This document shows positions 47,090-60,523 of a stretch of DNA of 64,000 nt, piece by piece. The translations under genes were made by a program, and so were the position numbers. How positions within the stretch are numbered: position 1 is the first letter of the stretch; every line of letters begins with the position of its first letter. Source of the stretch: Adineta vaga. Lineage: Eukaryota; Animalia; Rotifera. Location: assembly GCA_021613535.1 (NCBI GenBank), contig CP075495.1:15252001-15316000 (forward strand). The letters are read 5' to 3'. The notes beneath the pieces are model-generated. The model saw only the letters and a program-made list of their open reading frames with translations, was not told the origin of the DNA and did not search any database.

Positions 47090-48745
47090 TTAGTCATTCC
47101 AAATATAAAGTTGTGATTGATGAAAATAATATGTATTATCAGTACATATGTGATTCTTTTGTAGAGATTCATCGATTATTGCTGAAGTTGTTTTAAAAGG
47201 ACAAGTCCAATGAATGTTTGTACTAATTAAATATTGAAATTTATCAAGTATTGATAAAATATCATCACGTTCTCTTGTATAAAGTGTAATTCGTTCAAGT
47301 TTCGGAAATATTCGATTGATTTGTTCAATATCTGTTCGACTAATAATATCTGTTATATGTAAACTATTAATTTGTTCATAGATATTATTTTCAGGTGAAA
47401 ATACTTCAATAAGTTTTGGTAAACTTGCATGTGCCAATGTTAATTGATAGACATTTGGTACAACTTGTACGAGTTCATGAAATACATCAGATTTAAAAGT
47501 TGTTTCGAATTTTAAATGATTAACAGATGATAAATTCATAATTCCTTGTAAACCATTAACATCAGTAAAATGATTTTGAAGTGTTAGAGTTTGAATATTC
47601 GGAAAAAATGATGGAATAGTTTGCGGAAGGCAATGTTCTATTTTCAATTCTTTACAACGATCATTAGATAAATATGGAGTTAATGAATAATTGATAAACC
47701 ATTCATTTGGTGGATAATATTCATCAATAGGTGCAAAATAAGGTACACTGAAGAGTCGTACACAAGAATTACTTGTATAGGATATGATACATATCATATG
47801 GCAACGTCTTTCATTTTTCCAAAATGAATTTTCAAATGGTAAAAGTACATCATCACGTGTAAGAGTATTTTCTTCTGGAGTAATATTGATATCAAATTGT
47901 TTTAATTGAGGTAATTTTGATTTAATTAATATTTCCCATCGTTTTGCTTGAAGAAGTGTGGATTCACCAAGTGTTTCTAATATGAAATATTCAAGAAATG
48001 AAGTTAATGAAAGAATATTTTCTAAGTCTTGAAATAACATCCAAGTTCGACAATGAATTTTCAAATAATTCAAATGTGGTGGAATGTAATCAAATGTTGG
48101 TATTTGTTCATGAATTGTTATACGTATATCTAAATGTAATAGATTCGGAATCCATGGAAAAATCATTACTAAATCAGCAAATGAACCAGATTCTAATGTA
48201 AGATGTGTCAATTTTAATAATGGTTGTTGAAGATGAATCAATGGTGTAGTTTTAAAAAATGTCAATCGTTTTAACGATGTTAACGATGTTAATATTTTAA
48301 CGATATTACGACTATTCCTTTTACTAATTTTATGGGAATAATTTGTTACGGATAATGAATGCAGTTGACGATGATCTTCAAGATGTGAAAGAATTAAAAA
48401 AAATAAATTCGGATCATTTATACAATGAATTGTAATCGATTGTAGATTAATACATTTGATTAATGGTACAAATGACATAAATAATTGAATTTGATTTGAA
48501 GTATCACTATCATCGGATAGAAGAAGTGATTGAATTTGTTCAGGATAAATATGTTGACAAATAAAATAAAATAAAGATTTTTTTATTGATTGAAAATTTA
48601 ATTGAAGACGTTGATATGATTGAAGTATTGTATCCAAATGTGAATTAACTTGATCGAATGCATTGAAAAGATCATATGGAGTTAAATAATCAAATATAGA
48701 ATGTAGAACAACCCATGGAAGATTATCGAGCATACAGTACGACAT
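47090..48745 (-). CDS. F-box/LRR-like protein, intronless
   Basis: LDNLPWVVLHSIFDYL F-box followed by LxxLxL repeats; long uninterrupted ORF. Confidence 0.8.
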   Translation of the reverse strand: MSYCMLDNLPWVVLHSIFDYLTPYDLFNAFDQVNSHLDTILQSYQRLQLNFQSIKKSLFYFICQHIYPEQIQSLLLSDDSDTSNQIQLFMSFVPLIKCINLQSITIHCINDPNLFFLILSHLEDHRQLHSLSVTNYSHKISKRNSRNIVKILTSLTSLKRLTFFKTTPLIHLQQPLLKLTHLTLESGSFADLVMIFPWIPNLLHLDIRITIHEQIPTFDYIPPHLNYLKIHCRTWMLFQDLENILSLTSFLEYFILETLGESTLLQAKRWEILIKSKLPQLKQFDINITPEENTLTRDDVLLPFENSFWKNERRCHMICIISYTSNSCVRLFSVPYFAPIDEYYPPNEWFINYSLTPYLSNDRCKELKIEHCLPQTIPSFFPNIQTLTLQNHFTDVNGLQGIMNLSSVNHLKFETTFKSDVFHELVQVVPNVYQLTLAHASLPKLIEVFSPENNIYEQINSLHITDIISRTDIEQINRIFPKLERITLYTRERDDILSILDKFQYLISTNIHWTCPFKTTSAIIDESLQKNHICTDNTYYFHQSQLYIWND

Positions 48746-48922
48746 GAGAACAACTAAACTGTATTGAAATGATGAGATGAATGAGCAACATTTGCGAGTA
48801 CTTGGATCTATATTGTGCAATTTAAATATCAAAACAACAATAGATGTCGCTAAGTTATGAACAGAACATTTTTTCTTTCTCTAAAAATATTTCATGTTAC
48901 AAAAAATAAAAGAAAGATATTA

Positions 48923-49894
48923 TTATTCGATGAGAAATGGTTTAGGACAAATTATTTTGCCATTTTTCATGAATGGATATGGTTGATAAACTTTTCTATG
49001 ACCATATTTTTCATTTAGAATTTTAATTGTTAATGGAATGAAATTATTTGATTGAAGTAAAGCTTCACGAATATCTTCATCACTACAACTTTGTATCAGA
49101 TCACCATAGATTTCTCGTCGTTTAAGAATATTACTGAATTTTGTTTCATCAACTTCATTTGTACGAATAGTATTTTTTAATAAATAATTCAATTCTTTCT
49201 TGGAATCTTTTTCAATGTTTTTCATCCAATGTAAACATCCTTGAACAACAGTAAATATACTATGATTATGAATACCTTCGTCATATTCGATATTTTTTGA
49301 AAATAATTTTTGACTAAATGCGAATTCAATCAAAACTTCACAGTTACATAATTCAATATAATATCCATCGGGATCATTAAAGAAATATTGAATTATCAAA
49401 GGTTTATTTTTCTCAATCATTTTATGAGCATTTGTTAAAGATAAATTTTGATAAACATCAATGTTTAATGCACGAAGTTTCTCTAAAACTACATCAATAT
49501 TTGATGTTTCCAGTGCTAAATGACCCACTTGAAGATTACAAGCTGATGGTACAACAGGAATTCCTTTGATGAGATGAAGTTCAACATTACCCATTGTTAA
49601 CCAAGCACCATGACGATCAAAATTTGGACGACGAATTTGTTGTAAACCTAATATATCAACATAAAAGCTCAATGATTTTCCAACATCTGATACAGTTATT
49701 GTAATATGATTCAGTCGCGTAATCAGATCACCTAGACCACGTCGTTCAATCAATGGATTCCAATGAATATGTTCATGAGATGGTACTGGTTGTTGTTTTC
49801 GATTCCATTGAAGAAAAAGTGAGAAAGACATGATACCAAAAACAATACCAACAAAAGCAGAAAAGAAATCGACGTTCATCGATATGAATATCAT
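48923..49894 (-). CDS. Membrane-anchored glyoxalase/VOC-family protein with C-terminal UBA-like segment, paralog 1
   Basis: N-terminal hydrophobic helix; LNHITITVSDVGKSLSFYVDILG, HLAL, FFNDPDGYYIELCNC; SDEDIREALLQSNN. Confidence 0.85.
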   Translation of the reverse strand: MIFISMNVDFFSAFVGIVFGIMSFSLFLQWNRKQQPVPSHEHIHWNPLIERRGLGDLITRLNHITITVSDVGKSLSFYVDILGLQQIRRPNFDRHGAWLTMGNVELHLIKGIPVVPSACNLQVGHLALETSNIDVVLEKLRALNIDVYQNLSLTNAHKMIEKNKPLIIQYFFNDPDGYYIELCNCEVLIEFAFSQKLFSKNIEYDEGIHNHSIFTVVQGCLHWMKNIEKDSKKELNYLLKNTIRTNEVDETKFSNILKRREIYGDLIQSCSDEDIREALLQSNNFIPLTIKILNEKYGHRKVYQPYPFMKNGKIICPKPFLIE

Positions 49895-50222
49895 TTTTTC
49901 AATTAGTCAAATTGAAGAGATAATATTTCTTCTTGATCTACTCAACACGATATCTTTATATGAGTAATATCAAATGATAAAGAACATGATTGCTTACGCT
50001 AACGAAAACGACGTAATTATCACATTGATAAAACATTCTGTCATTCATATAGGTAATTATGTGTATAATGATACCTCGAATGAATTATTCTTGCGTAAAA
50101 ATATTCTTGTTATTTTTATCTCGATATGAAAAGGACAAAAAGTTTATTCTTTGATTACTGTACATTCTTTCATATCTTTATTCTTTTTGTTAAAAGATAA
50201 AAACAAAATAAATCATAAACAT

Positions 50223-51200
50223 CTAATTATATTCTTGTAGATTCATTGTAAATGGTTCGGGATCAACGAGTTCTCCATGTTCAATAAAAGATGGTGGACG
50301 AAAAAAGATTCTTTCACCACGTTGTCGAGCAAGAAGTTTAATTGTTAAGGGCACAAAATTATTTGATTGAAGTAAAGCTTCACGAATATCTTCATCAGTA
50401 AAACCTTGAGTAATATCACCATAAATTGAACGTCGTTTTATTAAATTTTCAAATTTATTTTCATCAATTTGATTTGCACGAGGAATTAATTTTAATATTT
50501 GATCAAATTCATCACTGGAATATCGTCGAATTAGTCGTTTCCAATGTGAAACAGCTTGTATAACAAAAAATATCTTTTTATTATGAATACCTTCATGATA
50601 ATTAAAAGAATTCAACATTAAATTTGAATACAAGGAAAATTCTGTTAATACATCACAATTACATAATTCAATATAATATCCATCAGGATCATTAAAGAAA
50701 TATTGAGTTATTAAAGGTTTATGTTTCTCAATCATTTTATGAGCACTTGTTACAGAGAGATTTTGACGAACATCAATATTTAATTCATGAAGTTTTGTTA
50801 AAACTTGGTTGATGTTTGGTGTTTCAAGTGCTAAATGACTAACTTGAAGGTTATCGACAGATGGAAGTGTAGGTATTCCTTTGATGAGATGAAGTTCAAC
50901 ATTACCCATTGTTAACCAGGCACCATGACGATCGAAACTTGGACGACGAATTTGTTGTAATCCTAATATATCAACATAGAAGCTCAATGATTTACCCACA
51001 TCAGATACCGTAATAGCGATATGATTTAATCTAGTAAGAAGATCACCAAGACCACGTCGTTCAATCAATGGATTCCAATGAAGATGTTCATGAGGTAGTA
51101 CTGATTGTTGTTTTCGACGCCATTGAAGAAAAAAGGAGAACGATGTGATACCAAAAATAACACCAATAAAAGCAGAGAAAAAATCAAATCTTGTAGTCAT
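50223..51200 (-). CDS. Membrane-anchored glyoxalase/VOC-family protein with C-terminal UBA-like segment, paralog 2
   Basis: Same motifs as the neighbour; GFTDEDIREALLQSNNFVPLTIKLL. Confidence 0.85.
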   Translation of the reverse strand: MTTRFDFFSAFIGVIFGITSFSFFLQWRRKQQSVLPHEHLHWNPLIERRGLGDLLTRLNHIAITVSDVGKSLSFYVDILGLQQIRRPSFDRHGAWLTMGNVELHLIKGIPTLPSVDNLQVSHLALETPNINQVLTKLHELNIDVRQNLSVTSAHKMIEKHKPLITQYFFNDPDGYYIELCNCDVLTEFSLYSNLMLNSFNYHEGIHNKKIFFVIQAVSHWKRLIRRYSSDEFDQILKLIPRANQIDENKFENLIKRRSIYGDITQGFTDEDIREALLQSNNFVPLTIKLLARQRGERIFFRPPSFIEHGELVDPEPFTMNLQEYN

Positions 51201-51781
51201 TGATTTACTTGAAAAAAGAAAAGTAATCTAAATGAAGCTAAAGTTTAGGTCATCTATTTTTATAGATAAACTATATGCTTTTGTTTTATTCATTTATATT
51301 TAACCTTTAATAAAGAAATCTAACATTCATATAAATGACAAAGTCAATTGATGTCAAATTTACACCTTACAAATCCTATAAGATATTCATACTTAATTTC
51401 AGTACAAAATCAACGTGTAACCACTATTTATATCCTATGATTCTCTCCGTAAAGAAACACGTGACTTTCAACGTGGTATCAATCGAGTGGATTCTTTTTT
51501 GTCCTGAATGACCTTTTCACATTCTCAGACGAACAATACGCGTTTGAATTATTTATATTTTCAACTTTGAAAAATGTCTTTATTTTGTATAAAAGATCCC
51601 ATAAGAATTTAAAAAAGTTTATCATACATTGCAATAGTATATATTTCATGTTTTTTTCTTTAATTAATATTAAAAGGGTATCTACATGAAAATATTCTTT
51701 GAAGCCATGAATAAAGAAACTATAGAAAATATTGATTAGAAATTGAAATGAACAATAAATCATATCTTTGATAATCCTAAA

Positions 51782-52756
51782 ATGTCAACAAACATTTCTG
51801 ATTCAATTTTCTTGACAAATTTAAATTTTATCTCATCTCAAATCAATCGTTATCTATCAATTTTAATACTTTTATTCGGTACAATTGGTAATATTTTAAA
51901 TTGTTTAGCTTTATCTCAACGAAAGCTTCGTTCTAATCCATGTGCATCATTTTTTCTTGCTTCATCAATAAATAGTTTAATAACATTATTTTCCGGTGTT
52001 GCTGTTCGGTTGTTATCCGGTTGGTATGCTGATTTAACTGAAACTGTTAATTGGCTTTGTAAATTTCGTATTTTTGTTTTATTTACATCAAGAACAACTG
52101 CTTCATGGTTAATAACATGTGCAACTATTGATCGATGGCTTGCATCATCAATCAATGCTCATTATCGACATCTAAGTTCATCAAAAAATGCTCAACGTGC
52201 AATGATTTTCGTTGGATTTCTATCGAGTTGTGCATATGTTCAATTATTCTATTGTTTTGAAGCAAATCTTATTGATACTCCGCTTAAATGTTATGGAAAA
52301 ACAGTTTTATGTCGATTAGTTTATGATTTTGAATTTATCTTTATCAGTGTCGTTATTCCGACATTATTAATGTTTATTTTTGGATTAATGACAATATTTA
52401 ATATTCGTCATTCAAAATTACGACGAATTCGACCAGATTTAGGTACAACAGCAACTGTAATAGAAGATTTACCACGACGAAAGAAAAAAGATCGTCATCT
52501 TTTATTTATGCTTTTTATGCAAATTATTTTATTAACTTTATTTTCATTTCCACAAGCAAGTTTTAGTCTTTATTCGAATATAACTCGTGGACAAATTCAA
52601 TCTCCCGTTATCAATGCTATTAATAATTTTATTTTGAATCTTTTCTTTCTATTAACATATGTCACGAATGGAATGCCATTTTATATTTATACTTTAACAG
52701 GTGGATCACTTTTTCGTAAAGCATTATTCAATGCATTACGAAAACTTTTTTCATAA
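51782..52756 (+). CDS. Rhodopsin-family (class A) GPCR, intronless
   Basis: Seven hydrophobic segments, GTIGN in TM1, IDRW (DRY-like), MPFYIY in TM7. Confidence 0.88.
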   Translation: MSTNISDSIFLTNLNFISSQINRYLSILILLFGTIGNILNCLALSQRKLRSNPCASFFLASSINSLITLFSGVAVRLLSGWYADLTETVNWLCKFRIFVLFTSRTTASWLITCATIDRWLASSINAHYRHLSSSKNAQRAMIFVGFLSSCAYVQLFYCFEANLIDTPLKCYGKTVLCRLVYDFEFIFISVVIPTLLMFIFGLMTIFNIRHSKLRRIRPDLGTTATVIEDLPRRKKKDRHLLFMLFMQIILLTLFSFPQASFSLYSNITRGQIQSPVINAINNFILNLFFLLTYVTNGMPFYIYTLTGGSLFRKALFNALRKLFS

Positions 52757-53330
52757 ATTAATGATTCATACAAATATTCTGCAATGACTTGGAGATTGGT
52801 TTATTTATGAGACAAAATTTTATATAATCTAATTTATATTAATACGTCATTTTCTTGAAGAAAAATAAATTTGATATTCTTCATGAATAATAATAAGAAA
52901 GTAAATGAAAAACGATCGTTTCGAAAGATTTTTTGTGGAATATTCTCATCAGAGTAAAACAAAGTTTTGTACTTTGTTCTATGTCGAGGCTAATAACATG
53001 TTTCTGTCGAATTTTCATCATCATGTGGGTACAGACTTGTGTAACAAAATAATATACAAGAATTTCTATTTCATATAGAGACATTTGTATTATTACATTT
53101 AAGCTAGACCTTGATTTTTTTATTGAAAAATATTATGAAGTTGACCTTTAATATACTTAGGTGAAAGTGCTTGAGGTGGTATTACTGACGTAGGATAATA
53201 TGTTTCAATTAAGTTAATACTTTAAAAAAGTACATACCAACCGACTTAGTCTTTAGTTTTGTTGTTTCAAATGAGAAAGTTATTCAGATTTGACGAAATT
53301 AACACATTTGTTTTCTTCTAATAAGTGAAG

Positions 53331-55495
53331 ATGGAATCAACGATAGTACCAATCAATACACATAAGACTAAATCAGGATCATTACAAGTAAATTCAGACC
53401 ACGCGTTGGAACAAATTCATTCTACAAGTAATGATCAGGTATGAAGACAATATTTGATCAGGTGAAAACTGAATTGTTGTTGTTGTTTTTTTATATATAG
53501 AAATGGACTTCATCATTGATATGGGCTGTAATTATTGTAACGTTTTCAACAAGTTTCGTGATGGGAGTCAACACAGGTGGTCCCAATCTTTATAATGGAG
53601 TAAGATAGTTTAGTTTAACATTTATAATTTTAATCTTAACTCTTAGTTTATTACTCCATGGTTACGAGGATATCCATTTCCTTGTCAAAAAGAAGATAGT
53701 ACATCTCAATGGATAGCACGTGTTTGGTTAGGATGTGATTATGTCAATACAGCATTGAAAAATCAAAATGGTTATTATTATTTACCTTCTATTCCAGAAA
53801 AACGACGTGTTGCACAAAATTTTATTGATTCACTTCATGGAATTATTTTTGTTATTGGAGCAGCAATTGGAAGTTTTACTGGACAATATTGGTATTTATT
53901 TTTGACAAGGTTTGTATAAATAAGATGTCCTTCCTTTTTTTGCTTACAAAAGATTTTGTAAATAGACGAAATGCACTTATTATGGCAATGTTATTTCAAA
54001 TCGTCGCATCAATTTTAATGATCTCTACACTTTTGATTTATCATGCAAATAATCTAAATGATCCAAATCTTCTTGATATTCAATTAGCATTACAAAATAA
54101 AGATTTAGCGATTAGTTTGTTCTACCTATCACGTTTTCTTTCTGGTTGGTCAGCTGGTAAGTATATCATTATTTTGTGTGATTATAATAGTTACAATTGT
54201 TATTCCCATAGGTCTAAGTTGTGTTGTAACACCTATCTATCTAACTGATATAAGTCCTCGTAAGATGCGTGGTACACTTGTTACTTATCATCAATTATTG
54301 ATTGTTATCGGTGTTCTTATTGGTCAAATTGTCAGTCTTCCTTGGTTACTTGGTCAACATGAGTAAAAGTTTATGATCATTTTATTTAGATAATTCTTCG
54401 TCTTTTCTAGTAAATGGCATTGGGGTATGGCATGGATTGGAATATTTCCTCTAGTTGGTTGTTTTTTAATGTGGACTTTAGATGAAAGTCCACGATGGTT
54501 AATACAAGATCGTCAACGCCATGCTGCTATTGAATCATTACGTAATTTACGAAAAACAAATGATATTGAAGAAGAAATCAAAGAAATTGAACGAGAAGAA
54601 TTAACAGTTAATATCCAAGATTCATCTTTATTTCGTCTATTAACATCATCTCGATTTCGTTGGCCATTATTAACGAGTATAATTCTAACGGGTGTTTCTC
54701 AATTTTCTGGTATTAATGCTGTAAGTATTATTAAATAATTGATTTTCTTTTATATATCTCATCTAAATATATTTTATCATTGATTAAAAGGTTTTATTTT
54801 ATTCTCATGGAATATTTTCACAAATGGGTTTACTTGAAGATAAAGTTTATTGGACTGTTCTTTCAACTGGAATGTCACTTGTTATTTCAACATTATTTTC
54901 TATTAAACTTATCGAATCGTTTGGTCGACGTCCTTTAATACTTTATCCACTTGCAATAATTGTTATGATTATGATTTTATTATCTATATTTTTAAAAATT
55001 AATCCAGGTATGTTTTTTTTCTTTGTTACTTTTTTTCTTATAAAATTCTTTAATTTCAAACAGAGGGTTTGATCATTGTAATTTTATTACTTATTTTACT
55101 TTTTATTACTTTATTTGCTGTTGGTTTGGGCACTATACCTTATTTATATCCCAATGAAGTATTTACTATTAGTGTTCGACCTATAGCTCATTCTATTGCG
55201 ATGTTTTCTCTATTTTTCAATGATGCATGTAAATATATCATTTATCTTCGAGATATAATTAATAAAATAAGATTTTTTTTTTTCTTTAGTAGTTATTGTT
55301 CTCTTTCCACTTCTACGTTCTATACTTAATAGTTATGTTTTTTTGATATTTTGTATTTATTGTTTATTATCATTTGTTTTTCTTTGGAAGAAGGTAAATA
55401 TGAAATTTCTTTCGGTAATTGAATTTTGATTTGTATTTTAGATGCCTGAAACAAAATATAAGAAATTTCATGAAATTGAAGAATTTTGGTGGTAA
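53331..55495 (+). CDS. MFS sugar porter (GLUT/SLC2-like), copy 1, multi-exon
   Basis: DISPRKMRG, ESPRWL, QFSGINAV, FGRRPL, GLGTIPY, PETK motifs. Confidence 0.9.
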
Positions 55496-55606
55496 GATTT
55501 GTAGCATTTCAAATTCTATTCACAACTAATCAGTTTACTCAAGTTCAATCCAAAGATATGACTGTATTTTTATGAAATAAAAAAGAAAAGAAAAGACTGT
55601 TGTAGT

Positions 55607-55875
55607 TTAATTTTGTTTTTTCATTAATTCAAATGGTATTGTTGTTGGTTTCGATGGAAATAATTCATAAATCTCTTCAATTGAAATATCATCTTCAATT
55701 ACAATTCGATCATCATCCGTTAAAGCATATAATTCATATAAATCATAATCTTCTTGAGAAATATGTAATTTTTCTAATGTTTCTTTAAGAATTCTATTTA
55801 CTAATATATCCGAAGTACATGGTAAAACAATTATTTGTTCATTGAATTTAATTGAACAATAAATTGATGTTGTTG
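55607..55875 (-). pseudogene. Orphan 3'-terminal coding fragment (possibly ubiquitin-like/RA fold)
   Basis: Open frame TSIYCSIKFNEQIIVLPCTSDILVNRILKETLEKLHIS..FELMKKQN* with no in-frame upstream part found. Confidence 0.45.
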
Positions 55876-56129
55876 AATTTCAATACTTAAATTAAAATGT
55901 GATCTGATTAAAACAATTCGTAATGATATTATTTTATTGATTAATTTAACATGTTCACTAGAAAATAATTTCAATATTATAATCAAAAAATATTTTCCTT
56001 TAATTTTCCAATGAAACATATCTTTTATTAATCCAAAGAAGAAATTATTTATTCATTTGTGAAAAAAATTAATCTGATAATTTTATTTCTTTGAAAAGAT
56101 GTCACTTGAATATCAATCTCATCTTTATT

Positions 56130-56425
56130 TAGTAATACTATCGCATATGTTCTTTATATTCAGCTGTATTTTCATCAATAAACAATAATATGATAGTATT
56201 CAGAACAAATGTCTTCTGGTTGTACACAATAAGCAACATGTGTTAGAATCGTTCTGATCTTTGAATAAAATGATCATTTTCATAAATATCTTCAGAAATT
56301 ATTTATCGACAAATAATGATTGATGATGAAGAATATCTTCTGCAAATTGTTTCCAATTGATTTTTTGGTCTTTTGTTGTTAAATTATTTTTTTGAAATAT
56401 TCGATCAATAACATGAATAAAATTC
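56130..56425 (-). pseudogene. Fragment duplicating the 3' end of the EF-hand pseudogene (about 61550-61875)
   Basis: Direct nucleotide similarity with one internal deletion. Confidence 0.75.
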
Positions 56426-56532
56426 TATGAAAGAAATTTACAAAAACATTTCATCTTCTTATTCGCTATTGTAATAGGAATAAGTTCTTCAATGTTTATC
56501 GTACATTTATACTGTATAATGAAAACTTTCTT

Positions 56533-59144
56533 TCACAGCCAAATGATTATCTCTTCGTTTGAATCAATAACGATTTTAGATAATGAATAATGATCACCTC
56601 TCGAACGAACACGTTCTGTAAGAAGTGTCAGAAATATATCACGAGATGCTAAAGGTAAGGTTCGATGAGGACCACAGTGTTTATTCACATGTAAGATGGT
56701 GAATTTTGATGAAGAAGAAACCAGAGCATCGAGACATATCAGAATCCGAGTTACAAGTGATTTCGGTCGATTGAGTGAGAAACGACGACCAACCAATGAA
56801 AAGCATTGTAGTTGAGGAAAAAAGTTGTTTGTCGGCAATTGTTTGATCAAAGATGCAGATGGAATATTTGTTAATGTCGTCAGACGAACATCGAGTCGTC
56901 GAACGAAGGGCCAAGAGGATGAAGAATGTTTAAGAAGAAGTTGAACATCCGACCAATGTAGCGTCAAACACGCAAGTGCAGAAGCACATTTACGAAATTG
57001 CTCGAGAATAATACAACGATCGTGATCCGACGTTACAGATCGGTCATACAAAAATCCAGATTTCATTGAATTCGAATCAAAACAAAGCTTCAGATGATGT
57101 AAAAATGGAAGTGATACATGCCAAGAATCTATGCTTATACTCATTTCCTAACAAAAATATAAATGAATAAAATTGTTCATAGATATATACATTAAATGTT
57201 TACTTTAATATTAAAACATAAAGCAAGTGAACGAACGTGTTGAAAATGAGTAAGAGTATTACTAATAGATAAAGGATCACGATCAATTATCCATTCAATT
57301 TGATTAATATTATTATTGATTGTCGATTGTTGTGCAAGTATATGATTGTATACTTGTCGTTGACTATTCAATAGATATGGAACTGTGTAAAGTACTAACA
57401 GTTCATTTATCTCATATTCAACACTATGATGATTGAAATTGAACCAGTAGAGATCTGTATTTTCTAATTTTGTTTCAGCAGGCAAATAAAGCACAAAACG
57501 AAGACAACGCAGACATTTCATCAACTTTATAATGCAGCTTTTAAATTCAGCAAGCTCATTCTTATCTAAAAATTTAAAACAAAGTGATATTATCAACTAT
57601 AATCGCTTATAAACTAGATGTTCTAACCTATAACATCACAGTTCACCAAAATCAATGATTCAAGTTGACACATTGATTTCACATGTTGTATTAATACAAT
57701 TATATTACTCATGGCTAGTTGTCGTAATTGTAATGTGCGTAAATGCGGTAGATTGGCTTCATTTGTATTCAAATCATTAAAGCATAATGTAGAGCACGAT
57801 AAATTTTCATATCGATCACGTAATTGATATGAAGTATATACTCCAGTTTCCATTGTAACATGAAGATCTTCTATATGTGGTAAAGTATTGCATTGCATCA
57901 ATAATGCCAAATCAGACATATGCTGTAATGAGAGACGCAAACGAACGGTTTTTGGAAATGTCAATATTTGTTGAAAATAAGTGGCACATTCGGTTAGAGA
58001 AGTCTTCCATTTAAAAAATCTGCTATCTAAAAGAAGATGATATTGAATTTTAAAAATCTTAGAAAAAAAGAAAAATAGTTTGTTACTCATTAGTATAATC
58101 CTTTCTCATAATGTGTCTAAATGAGGATGAAAGAGCCCGAAACTTTTGTAACTATTCTAAGTAATGTACACAAATGTAAAGCGTCCTTTTTACACTCCAT
58201 TTTGATATTTAATATCAACATTGGATTTTCGATAGATTTCTCTCTATTTGAGCAAAAATGCCTCAAGTTAGTTAGATTAGAAGGACCAACTTGTTCTTCT
58301 TGTAGTGTCTGTATGTATTATACAGACGTTAACATCTTATTAAATAATCTCTTAGAACATTTATGTAGATTTTGGCCGAAAAAGTTATTCTCATGTGTTA
58401 TAGTTTTCATCGAACTAATGACAAAATTCATATATTTTGTCAATAAATTGAAAGAATTGAACTGAAAAATACTGTACATCGAATCGAGCTTAACTCAATA
58501 TCCAGCTTAGAAGTATCATTCACTTGATACAAATTCAACGATGAAACTGATTTAAACACTATCTTTTCTCGACAAAAATATATTTCATTACCTGTAGTAA
58601 TGATGAATTTCATTGTATGTAGAGAAATACGTTCTTCAATGATCTTTCTCATTATCATATAATACCTATTGATTCCACTAAAATAAAACACAACATGACG
58701 TAAAGTCAATGCGTGTCGACGAATAAGTAGAATAATATTTCTTAGAGCAGGTTTATCGATGAGGTCTATATAGACAATACATTTTCTAATGCATGGCAGA
58801 AACGATTTCTCATTTTCAAGCCATCGATCAATAATTTCATTCGATACAATTGGTTCATTGAGTAACAGAGAAGTTATATGATGAGCTACCAATGGATGTT
58901 CATATTTAAAATAATCCAAACATTGACCATATGTTTTAAACGACGTTGATTCAAGTGATAAAGCGACTCGATTCTGAGCCATCTGAGTTAACAATTGTAT
59001 GCGATTATTAAGTTTCCACTGAAGCCATGTCGAATTCAGTTCTGACCATGTGAAATACACAAAAAATTCTAACCATAATTCATTTGGTAGATCTTCTAAC
59101 CTGGAAATAGTCATAGCAATGTATCGATTACCTTCACATATCAT
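56533..59144 (-). CDS. F-box/LRR-like protein (4 exons)
   Basis: LEDLPNELWLEFFVYF F-box. Exons ~59144-58592, 58027-57628, ~57565-57205 and ~57148-56533; LxxLxL repeats. Confidence 0.72.
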
Positions 59145-60523
59145 ATGTGAAAAAGTCTATATATATTACACGTACACTGAATAGATAAACAATGCTCGCC
59201 CGTCTGTGATATAAAACAATGTTTATGCATATGTTGTTTGCCGGCATGATCATTGTTTATATTTAATCCAATAGCAGCCCAAAGAGGTCAAGTACATCTA
59301 CGTCAACCAGCCTGAAAAACTTAACATTGAATTGATTGCCTGTGGTTGTTGCTGTTATATACAAACATCAATCGTGTGTTATAGAAAGCCAATTACAGCC
59401 AGAAAAAAATCAGTTGGAAATATAATAGAACAACGTGATTGGTATTCTTAGATAATCAACAACTATAATATTGATCGACTCAATGTTGAGTCAACATTAT
59501 TGACTTCTTTTATTGTTTCCGCGGTGATTTCGATTTTACTTCTTCAATTTGCTTCATTACAAGAAAGGTTTAATATTATTTAAATTCTAATGTAGTATTC
59601 AGAACAATACTCCATCTTACTGTAATTTATTGACAACTTTATTGGCTTTCAAATAATCTGTGTATTAACTTTTCGGCCTGATTCGAACAGGACATTAAAC
59701 TATGATATTATATAGTAGCTATAGTATAAAGCTAATGCAAGAGAGTAGTAAAAGTATCTAACTCCTATAAACGATGGACGGTACAAAATAATTAGATGTC
59801 GGAAAAATACTGAGCTGTGATGGGATCTTATTATAGCACTTATTCTCTTTTCGCTATCTTAATTAGTATTTCATAGATGTTATCATGAGTGAAATGGGAT
59901 TGTTGAACATATTCGACAGGAGTACCATATATGGATACATATTCAATTGATTGAATAAATGTGATTAATATTGAAATTGTAAAGAACGCGTGCTTACTAG
60001 GAAAATTATATTGTGGATAAAACAAATCTCATTGAAGAGATTGTAATTAACTTAACTTATCCAATACAATTCATCATCGTCGATATAGTTATTTTAAAAT
60101 ACTTTTCTTGTATTTATATATCAATTTTCATTTATCATTCAGTTCCAGCTAATTAAACGAATTTGTGAGAATATACAGCAACTAATTGATGAAAATTTAC
60201 GTTGAAATATACTTGAAAATACATTTAACTAAACATTAAGTTAAATTTGTAATGATCTATAAATACTGAACTAATTACTTCTTTTAACTTTCAGTATTCG
60301 ATTTCAATCCAATATCATAGTTTTTTAGTTTCTCCCAGCGACATCTTTCTCGTAAAACATCTATATAAAGTTTTTTCCGTTTAACGAAATTCGATTGTCC
60401 ATTGTTTAATAACAGTTCAATCGAATCATTCATAATATAATGAAGATTTTACTATGAAGAAATTTTGTCATTTAAATATAATTAATAATTTATTTTTAGT
60501 TTTTCGTGTGTCTACATGATATA

